A DNA stretch of 64,000 nt from Deltaproteobacteria bacterium (lineage in GTDB: Bacteria; Desulfobacterota; Dissulfuribacteria; Dissulfuribacterales; UBA3076), in NCBI GenBank assembly GCA_018399745.1, contig JAGYNZ010000005.1:23765-87764 (forward strand), written 5' to 3'. Both the position numbers and the translations under genes were made by a program. Positions 37,952-45,658 of this stretch are shown piece after piece; position 1 is the stretch's first letter; the number at the start of each line of letters is the position of its first letter. Under the pieces are notes generated by a model. It was not told where the DNA came from, did no database searches, and saw nothing but the letters and a program-made list of their open reading frames with translations.

Positions 37952-39627
37952 ATGTTGCTGACGACAGTGGATAAACTTAGCACATATTTCGTCTTCTTAC
38001 TATACGGCTGCCTTATTGCCGGATCATTATGGATCTGTCTTGATTGCGGCATATTTCCGTTAGATGGAATACATGACAGCCTTCGCTATCTTGGAATGGC
38101 CGAAACCATCCAGAGAGGTGAATGGTTGGGCAATTACAATTACCTGACACTGATTCGCCTGCCTGTATATTCCTGTTTTCTGGCCCTGAACGCCTGTGCG
38201 GGATGGCCGTTGCACGTTACGCAACATGTTTTTTACCTGTTGAGCATCACAGTGCTTGCGGCGGCCTTGCGCGCATGTCAACTGAGTAAATTACAGGTCA
38301 TTTTGGTGTTCGCAGGCTGTGCATTTCACCCTGTAGCCTTTTATCCAAGTCTGTTTGTACTCACCGAAGGTATATATACTTCTCTGGCAACAGGGGTATT
38401 GGCGGGTTGCCTGGGGTTGCTGGGTTCAATTGGTGAAAGCGCCTTAATCTACAGTTCATGGCTGATTGTGACATCTTTTTGCCTGGCGGTCTTTTGGTAT
38501 ATCAGACCGGAGGAATATGGATACTGCCGGTTCTTGGAGTTTTTATCCTTATCCTTTTTCTTCGTGCAAGTCGAATGCGTCAATTTCACTCCATAAGGGT
38601 GCCACGAGGCAGAATTGTACTTGCATTGGCAGTCCCTGCGGTTGCCACCCTGTCTCTTGGGTGGACTATAGCCTCATTGAATGAGCGGTATTATGGAATA
38701 AGGGTTACGCACGAGCTTGCCGAACCAAATTTTGTCGATTTCGGTCGATCGTTAACTCGATTGGCCCCGGAATTTCGCGAGCCTTATATACCTGTGTCGT
38801 CCGAGGCCTTGCAGACTGCCTACAGAGTCAGTCCTCATACCGCGATGTTAAAGCCGTTTCTCTCTCAACAAACTGGAGGAAAGGGTTGGTCTGAATTCGG
38901 ATGTGATATTATGGGTATTTGCGACGAGTTGGCAGGCGGATGGAGCATGTGGGCCATTCGTGACGCGGTAAATTCTATAGGCCTTTATGGTAACGCTAAA
39001 CAGGCAAGTGCGTTTTATGGGGCGGCGGCACAAGAGTTGTCCGGTGCATGTAAAGAGGGCAGGATAAGGTGTTCAGATAATCCTACCGGTAATCTCCTGG
39101 CACCTCCCTTGACATTGAATGATGGGCCGCGTTTACTGCAATCGTTTTTTAGAGTGTCTGCTCATACATTAAATTTTCAGGGGCTTGCCGAGTCCCTGAA
39201 AGCCTGTGACGAGATATATTCGCATCAGGATTTGGTGCCGCGTTATAATAATATAACCCATGACCAAAAGCCTGGTCCTCCATTGACTACTGTATTGAAT
39301 GTAGGCCTTCATTTATCTGTTTATAGCTGGATACAATGGACTGGAATTGCAATAATGCTCATTTTGGGTTTATATGATGCGCTACGAAGATTTCGAAACA
39401 AAAACGGCAAATCTATGACGCGTGAGCCGAGCGTAATTCCCGTTTACGATTTGGCAGGGTGGTTGATGCTGATCTTCGTATGCAGTCGCCTGGTGTTGGT
39501 TTCGTATATTGACGCCATGAGTTTCCCTTGTCATATTAGATACTTGTTTGTGATTTATCCGGCTCTGACGGCCCTGGTCATAACCGCCTTTTCTTTTCCG
39601 GTGCGACTAAAGAAGATATCAAAATAG
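37952..39627 (+). pseudogene. GT-C-like polytopic membrane protein split by a 1-nt frameshift near 38510-38520 (pseudogene, sequencing error or recoding)
   Basis: ORF 37952-38596 and ORF 38458-39627 overlap by 139 nt in different frames. Plausible membrane sequence switches frame at ...FCLAVFWYIRPEE / GIWILPVLGVFILILFL..., and the tail of each ORF beyond the switch looks like noise. Confidence 0.6.
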
Positions 39628-39643
39628 GGAGTTCCTCTTTTGT

Positions 39644-40651
39644 TTGACAGATTGCCATAGGCATACTGATCTCTACATAGAGCTGACCAATAGAAATACG
39701 ACATTTCACTTCATTATTCTTGGCGCTACTCACGTGAAACTTTTACAAAAGACGGAAAATATAGATCTGTATGAATTCTATATTAAAATTAGTTTATACT
39801 GCCTTCTCCCTCTTTTGGGCCGTTTACCCTTTCCCCTCGCCTGGAAGCTGAACCGTATCCGGGGGGCTTTCAGGTACCACATCGGATGGTACAGGGCCTA
39901 TATTAACAGGCCGGGGCTGAAGGAAATCGCTATACAAAACGTTATCCAGGCCGGCTTTACCCGGTCCGCTGCCAAGCGAATTGTCAAGGATGTTTTTGTC
40001 GTAGAAACCGGTTTTGAGCTGGAAGGGTTACTCCACGACAAGTTTAATGCGGATTGGCTGGAAGAGAACCTGCTCACAATTCATAATATGAGCAATCTTA
40101 TAAATGCCATGGAAAAAGGAAAGGGGGTAATCCTGGCCACTGCCCATACCGCCAATTTTGAACTTGTGGAACTTTACGTTGCACTCAGAGGGATCCCGAT
40201 TTCCGGACTATATGGTCTGCCTCAGCATAAGCCAAGGAATTCCATGGAACGGTTTGCCCTGGAAAGGTTCGCCAGGATCAGTGATAAAATAGGGGCTATA
40301 TATACCAGTGGCGGTCTGCGTGAATTATACAAGGTCCTGGAAAGGGGAGAATGTGTAATGTGGCTGATAGATCTGCCGGCAGGAAACAATAAACGATCCG
40401 TACATGTAAAATTTATGGAAGAGACAATATCTGTTGCAAATTCATTTGTTACTGTATCGGCAAAAGCCGATGCACCAATTGTCCCGATGATATCAGTGGC
40501 CCGTAAAAGGCCTGGATACCAGGTCTTTTTTGGCAGACCTATTCTTCCAGGCTCATCGCCGCAGGAGTCCTTCTCTTTCATGGAAAGCCATTTGCGTAAA
40601 AGTCCTGAAAGCTGGATAGGCTGGTATTATCTGGATAGGATGAAGGTGTAA
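39644..40651 (+). CDS. LpxL/HtrB/PatA-family lysophospholipid (lipid A-type) acyltransferase
   Basis: It has the HX4E catalytic motif ATAHTANFELVE plus an N-terminal hydrophobic anchor. The start is uncertain: TTG 39644 or in-frame GTG 39734. Confidence 0.75.
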   Translation: MTDCHRHTDLYIELTNRNTTFHFIILGATHVKLLQKTENIDLYEFYIKISLYCLLPLLGRLPFPLAWKLNRIRGAFRYHIGWYRAYINRPGLKEIAIQNVIQAGFTRSAAKRIVKDVFVVETGFELEGLLHDKFNADWLEENLLTIHNMSNLINAMEKGKGVILATAHTANFELVELYVALRGIPISGLYGLPQHKPRNSMERFALERFARISDKIGAIYTSGGLRELYKVLERGECVMWLIDLPAGNNKRSVHVKFMEETISVANSFVTVSAKADAPIVPMISVARKRPGYQVFFGRPILPGSSPQESFSFMESHLRKSPESWIGWYYLDRMKV

Positions 40652-40658
40652 ACGAAAA

Positions 40659-41636
40659 ATGTTCATGGAGCGTCCATACCTTTATGAAATAGAGCCTACC
40701 AATCACTGTCCGTATCGATGCATCATGTGTCCGAACGGATTGGGCTGGATGACACGTTCAAAGGGCTTTATGGAACTCAGAATATTTAAGCGGGCTTTAA
40801 CTGCACTGTCCCCTGAACAGCGCCTCCTGAGGCTGCACCATTTTGGAGAAGCCGTCCTTCATCCGGAAATTACATCCATGATTCAAATGGTGACGGATAA
40901 AGGTCTTGTTCCACTGATTTCGCTCAATCCGTTTACGCTTAACAACGACCTGATCGAAATGCTCGCCGATGCCGATCCAGGCATTGTCTGTTTTTCCATG
41001 GACGGCTTTACGGCCCGGGCGGTGAAAGAAATCAGGGGCATCAAGATGCCGGTGGAGCATGGTATTGAAATGATTCGACGCTTTTGTCAGGTTACAAGGA
41101 GCAAAGGATGCAAAACCCTCAAGGTCCTGCAGACAGTGATGTTAGACAGGAACCGTACAGAGCTGGAGGCGCGGGATAAGCTTGCCTCGGCGCTTGGAGG
41201 ATCGGATTTTTGCATCTATGATGCCCCCAATACAGGCTTTGGATTTGATTCCATTATTCGGAAACATTCGGCATCCTGCCATGATCCCGCCCTGGTATCC
41301 AGAGAAGATTGCCAGGCACCTTTTAACCAGGTGGTGGTTCTGTGGGATGGAGGGGTGGCGATCTGCTGTTATGACTATAATGGAGATACGGTAATCGGGA
41401 ATATCAGCTCGGAGACCCTGGAAACTATTTGGAATGGGGACAAGGCCAGGCAGCTGCGTAAATTGTTTCTGAGCGGCCATGCCAGAAAAAATCCCAGATG
41501 CAGGACCTGTTTCAAGGCCCCGCAAAGACCCGTGACTCAATCCGAGATCCTGTCAGTTAAAAACACCCGGGCTTTTGAAGAGGAGCGTGTAATTTTGAAT
41601 ATGTATGAAAGGTCCTTTGGGAAAATAGTATCGTGA
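40659..41636 (+). CDS. Radical SAM enzyme with a C-terminal SPASM/twitch-like Cys-rich domain
   Basis: 325 aa with CxxxCxxC = NHCPYRCIMCP. The C-terminal cysteines are CQAPF...AICCYDYNGD...NPRCRTCF. Confidence 0.85.
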   Translation: MFMERPYLYEIEPTNHCPYRCIMCPNGLGWMTRSKGFMELRIFKRALTALSPEQRLLRLHHFGEAVLHPEITSMIQMVTDKGLVPLISLNPFTLNNDLIEMLADADPGIVCFSMDGFTARAVKEIRGIKMPVEHGIEMIRRFCQVTRSKGCKTLKVLQTVMLDRNRTELEARDKLASALGGSDFCIYDAPNTGFGFDSIIRKHSASCHDPALVSREDCQAPFNQVVVLWDGGVAICCYDYNGDTVIGNISSETLETIWNGDKARQLRKLFLSGHARKNPRCRTCFKAPQRPVTQSEILSVKNTRAFEEERVILNMYERSFGKIVS

Positions 41637-42574
41637 ATCCCCAGCTTTCACCCTATCCGACAACCATTTTTTTTGAAGTGACGAACCACTGCAATCTGCG
41701 ATGTCTGCGATGTGCTATGCACGGGAAGGATGCTGTTATGCGACGGCCTCTCGGTCATATGCCCAAATCGGTCTGGAAGGCTGCCATACGTGAAATCGGT
41801 GAATGGCCCACGCCGGTTTCCGTTCTTACCCATGGTGCAGGCGAACCTTTACTTCATCCAGAAATCCTTGATATTTTAGGTTTCTGTAAGTCATTTGCCA
41901 ATATACAGGTCGGCTTTCTTACAAATGGCATGCTCTTGACTGCAGATATCAGTAAAGCCCTTATCGATATGGGTATCGACTGGATCGCTATGAGTATCGA
42001 CGGTATTGACCCGGTATGGCATAAGAAACTGCGTTATCCTTCGGATTTGAGGCGGATTACCGATAATCTGGAGAACTTTCTGAGAATACGGCAATTAAGG
42101 AAAAATATACCGAAAGTACTTCTGAATATGGTCATGCATCCCGAGATTATTGATCAGGGACCTAAATTCGTCAAATTGTGGATTGACCGTGTTGAAACCG
42201 TTATGCTTGCCCACTGCCGAATTCCTCCGTCAAGCAAGCGATGGCCCGATACACCCAGTCCCAGACAGGCATGCATTCTTCCCTATCAGCAGATGGTTAT
42301 AGCTCAGGATGGTCGTCTTCTCATGTGCTGTGAAGATTTCGACTGTCAACATTCACCGGGCCGTTTCCCTGAGCAAAAGCTCCTGGATATATGGCAGGGG
42401 TCGTTTCTTAATAAGATACGCAGGTACCATCAATCCGGCAAATGGGATGCCATTCCTCTCTGCCGTGATTGTGACAGTTGGGCTGACGGACTTGATCCTG
42501 TTATAGAGGAGGATAAAGTGCAGGGAATTAAAAAGACTGTGCGGGTATCTCAAACAATTTATGAGAAGATCTAA
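41633..42574 (+). CDS. Radical SAM enzyme with a C-terminal SPASM/twitch-like Cys-rich domain (paralogue of the preceding gene)
   Basis: 313 aa with NHCNLRCLRCAMHG. The C-terminal cysteines are CILPY...LMCCEDFDCQH...PLCRDCDSW. It has a GTGA start/stop overlap with the upstream gene. Confidence 0.85.
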   Translation: MNPQLSPYPTTIFFEVTNHCNLRCLRCAMHGKDAVMRRPLGHMPKSVWKAAIREIGEWPTPVSVLTHGAGEPLLHPEILDILGFCKSFANIQVGFLTNGMLLTADISKALIDMGIDWIAMSIDGIDPVWHKKLRYPSDLRRITDNLENFLRIRQLRKNIPKVLLNMVMHPEIIDQGPKFVKLWIDRVETVMLAHCRIPPSSKRWPDTPSPRQACILPYQQMVIAQDGRLLMCCEDFDCQHSPGRFPEQKLLDIWQGSFLNKIRRYHQSGKWDAIPLCRDCDSWADGLDPVIEEDKVQGIKKTVRVSQTIYEKI

Positions 42575-43430
42575 CTTGATTCCGGAGAACCGAAACTGTT
42601 TCGGCCCGAACTATCCGACTGAATATCCCGGCGAGATGGTCAAGGTCCTGGGATTATCGTATACAGACAGGGTACTTGATGTGGGCGGAGGCCATAACCC
42701 CCTGCCTGTGGCCCGAGTCATTCTGGAAAGGGATCTGTCTGACGGGGCCCACAGAGATGGCCAGGCCATAAGATATAGTGACAGTGCCTGTTTAATTCAA
42801 GGGGACGTGCAAAGTCTGCCATTTGCTGATCATGCCTTTGATTTCGTCTATTGCGCCCATGTGCTGGAACATGTGAATGACCCTGCCGAGGCATGCAGGG
42901 AACTCATGAGGGTGGCGACTCGAGGCTTTATTGAGACCCCGAGGGCATGGACTGAATACGTGGCGGGACATCCTTCTCATCAATGGCTTGTGGACCTGAT
43001 TGACGGAGTACTGGTATTTACCCGCAAACCGTTTTTGGAATGGCCCTTTGACCAGATCGTTTTGGCAAAAGCACAAATTGATCCGGACTTTTACCAAAAG
43101 GCGCTTGTTACTTACCGAAACCTCACATGTGTTCAACTCCTTTGGGATGATACCTTTACTTTTCGAGTAACCAGATTACCTGACGGAATCGAGTATAGTT
43201 ATGGGGATCCTTTAACCGCTTCGCGGGCGCACTTTGTCTTTGCGTGTAACCTCTTATTGGCCCGGGCCCCTCTTCCCAATGTACTGGTCCACGCCAAAGA
43301 GGCCTTTCTCAAGGTCAAGGATCCCAAATATGCAAAACTGGTTGAACTTGTAGAAACATTACTGGACAATAAAGTTTTAGCCCGGCCAAAAAATAAAGCC
43401 GACCTCATTTCTCTCGGTATTCAGCCCTAA
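42561..43430 (+). CDS. Class I SAM-dependent methyltransferase
   Basis: 289 aa with VLDVGGGHNPLP and LPFADHAFDFVYCAHVLEHVNDP. It overlaps the upstream gene by 14 nt. Confidence 0.8.
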   Translation: MRRSNLIPENRNCFGPNYPTEYPGEMVKVLGLSYTDRVLDVGGGHNPLPVARVILERDLSDGAHRDGQAIRYSDSACLIQGDVQSLPFADHAFDFVYCAHVLEHVNDPAEACRELMRVATRGFIETPRAWTEYVAGHPSHQWLVDLIDGVLVFTRKPFLEWPFDQIVLAKAQIDPDFYQKALVTYRNLTCVQLLWDDTFTFRVTRLPDGIEYSYGDPLTASRAHFVFACNLLLARAPLPNVLVHAKEAFLKVKDPKYAKLVELVETLLDNKVLARPKNKADLISLGIQP

Positions 43431-43434
43431 ATTC

Positions 43435-44436
43435 ATGTCCGTTCAAATTACAAGTTATCGTCAGGGAGATGAGCATCAGATCGTAGCCTTGTTCAAGGAC
43501 GTTTTCCAGACGCAACGATCCCTTGCTCACTGGTCATGGAAATACAGAGATGATCCTTACGGAAGTCATCTTATTTCGCTTGCATGGCGAAACAGGAAAT
43601 TAGTAGCGCATTACGGAGGGTATGCACTGCCGTTCCATTTGGAAAACCGCGAAGATTCAGGTACCATCATAGTTTACCACGCCGGGGATAAAATGACTTC
43701 TCCTGAAGTCAGGGGCATGGGTTTCGGCAAAACCAGTATTCTGGTGAAGACCTGTGAACATTTTAAGACATGCCACTGCCGGGGGAAGATTGCCTTTTAC
43801 TATGGCGTGGTAACGGGGCATAGCGAACGTATGGGGAGAATGTTTCTGGATTACAGGCCCTTAGCGCCGGTCGTGCGTTGGACCAGACATACTGACACCC
43901 TTTATCAACCCGGTCCATGGAGCAGAATATGGGGCCCCTGGCGTGCAAAAGCCGTCAGAAGACTCCCTGATGACATGGATGAATTCCTGAAAAAAGTGGG
44001 TCCGGCATACGGGGCGATGGTCTGGCGCACTTCTCGCTATTTACAATGGCGATATCTGGAACGTCCAGATTTACATTATTATTTTCTAACCCTCAGATAT
44101 AAGCGAAAACTCGAGGCCTGGGCCGTATTCCGGCGCCAGGGTCAGGACCTTCTCTGGGGCGATGCCTTAATCAGCCCGGGGCTTGACGAAGAAGGCCTGT
44201 CTTTCCTTCTTTCCAATGCAGTCAGGAGTGCGGGAGATCATGAGAGCATATCAAGGATCGTTGCCTGGTTCCCTGACAGGAGTTACTGGATTACGGCACT
44301 ACTGAGAAACACTGATTTTTGCCCTGAACCTGAACCTAACGGCCTGATCTTTGTTGTTATTCCTATTGATCAGAAATCGCCCGGGGTCAACCGGGAAAAT
44401 TTTCATTACTCCTGGGGAGATACGGATCTGTTCTGA
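43435..44436 (+). CDS. GNAT-family N-acyltransferase
   Basis: 333 aa. The N-terminus is ITSYRQGDEHQIVALFKDVF, and the acyl-CoA pocket motif is VRGMGFGK (R/Q-x-x-G-x-G/A). Confidence 0.7.
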   Translation: MSVQITSYRQGDEHQIVALFKDVFQTQRSLAHWSWKYRDDPYGSHLISLAWRNRKLVAHYGGYALPFHLENREDSGTIIVYHAGDKMTSPEVRGMGFGKTSILVKTCEHFKTCHCRGKIAFYYGVVTGHSERMGRMFLDYRPLAPVVRWTRHTDTLYQPGPWSRIWGPWRAKAVRRLPDDMDEFLKKVGPAYGAMVWRTSRYLQWRYLERPDLHYYFLTLRYKRKLEAWAVFRRQGQDLLWGDALISPGLDEEGLSFLLSNAVRSAGDHESISRIVAWFPDRSYWITALLRNTDFCPEPEPNGLIFVVIPIDQKSPGVNRENFHYSWGDTDLF

Positions 44437-44437
44437 T

Positions 44438-45616
44438 ATGTATGCATTGCAACTCGAAAATATAGAAAAGACCTATCGCCTGTATTCCAGGCCTATTGAC
44501 CGATTAATAGAAGTTATAACGCGAAGGCCACGTCATGCCTCGGTAAGGGTCCTTGAAGGCATCTCTCTGTCGCTCTTTCCCGGTGACATCGTCGGAATTA
44601 TTGGTGATAACGGTGCAGGGAAGTCCACCCTTCTTAAAATCATAGCTGGAACACTTACCCCGACTTCCGGCCGTCTGGTCAGAAACGGAAGGATCGCCGC
44701 GCTTCTGGAACTGGGTGCCGGGTTTCACCCGGAAATGACAGGTCGCCAGAATATTTATTTTAATGCCGCACTTATGGGACTGGAAGCAGGGGTCATACAG
44801 GTCCATGAAGCAGACATTATAAGCTTTGCCGAACTGGGGGACTTTATCGATCAGCCTGTAAAGACTTACTCCTCCGGTATGCACATGCGTCTTGCCTTCA
44901 GTATAGCTACCATGGTGGATCCTGACATCCTCATCATCGATGAGGCCCTGAGCGTGGGGGATCAGTACTTTCAGGACAAGTGCCTCGCCCGAATGCGGGA
45001 ATTCCGCGAGCAGGGTAAGACCATTTTGTTCTGCAGTCATGCGATGTACGTGGTGAATGAACTGTGTGACCGATGTGTGTGGCTTGACCACGGCCTCATA
45101 CGTGCAGCCGGGTCGGTGCACGAGGTTATTACGGCATACCAGGAGCATACACGGGGCCATCAACAACCTGATTCTGAAAAAAGTAGTATGATCGATCGAG
45201 ATTCCGGCTCACCGGCAGGGGAATTCCTGAAGATTGAAAATATGGCGGTTTCTCTGGCCGACAGGGATTTGCATATAGGCTTCCATGTCTTGTCTCAAAG
45301 AGGATTTGATGGTCATCTTGCATGGCTCCTGACACGTCAGGACCGTACTGTCGTGAGTCTGGGGACCACGGACAGGAAATCTATACCGCCTTTACACCTC
45401 ACAGGGAGAAGGGAATTTGGTTTTACGATCAAGGACCTGAACCTTGTCGATGGCAAATATCATGTATATGTGGGGGTGATGGACAGAGATGCGCTCATCC
45501 CTTTCTCTATTGCACAAATGGATCTGGACATTGATTTCGGTAATACGTATTTTGACGGTGTCTGTCATTATAAATGGCAATTTACAGATGTCGATGGCCC
45601 TGCAGGCACCATTTAG
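44438..45616 (+). CDS. wzt: Polysaccharide ABC exporter ATP-binding protein (Wzt/TagH-like) with a C-terminal beta-rich extra domain
   Basis: It has Walker A GDNGAGKSTLL, signature YSSGMHMRLAFS and Walker B ILIIDEALSVGD, with about 150 extra C-terminal residues. The start is ATG 44438, 1 nt after the upstream stop. Confidence 0.88.
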   Translation: MYALQLENIEKTYRLYSRPIDRLIEVITRRPRHASVRVLEGISLSLFPGDIVGIIGDNGAGKSTLLKIIAGTLTPTSGRLVRNGRIAALLELGAGFHPEMTGRQNIYFNAALMGLEAGVIQVHEADIISFAELGDFIDQPVKTYSSGMHMRLAFSIATMVDPDILIIDEALSVGDQYFQDKCLARMREFREQGKTILFCSHAMYVVNELCDRCVWLDHGLIRAAGSVHEVITAYQEHTRGHQQPDSEKSSMIDRDSGSPAGEFLKIENMAVSLADRDLHIGFHVLSQRGFDGHLAWLLTRQDRTVVSLGTTDRKSIPPLHLTGRREFGFTIKDLNLVDGKYHVYVGVMDRDALIPFSIAQMDLDIDFGNTYFDGVCHYKWQFTDVDGPAGTI

Positions 45617-45658
45617 CCGTCTGAAAAATTCGCATGACTCAAATCTGACTTTTTTGTA

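Noticed and set aside
38458-39627. Treating the second GT-C ORF as an independent gene starting at ATG 38458
   Set aside because: That would require a 139-nt out-of-frame overlap with the upstream ORF. The first ~17 residues (MADCDIFLPGGLLVYQT) look non-native, whereas the upstream frame is coherent up to the switch point. A frameshifted single gene is the simpler reading.
44504-45166. 220-aa ORF antisense to wzt
   Set aside because: It lies opposite the Walker A/signature/Walker B region of a clear ABC ATPase, so it is a shadow ORF.
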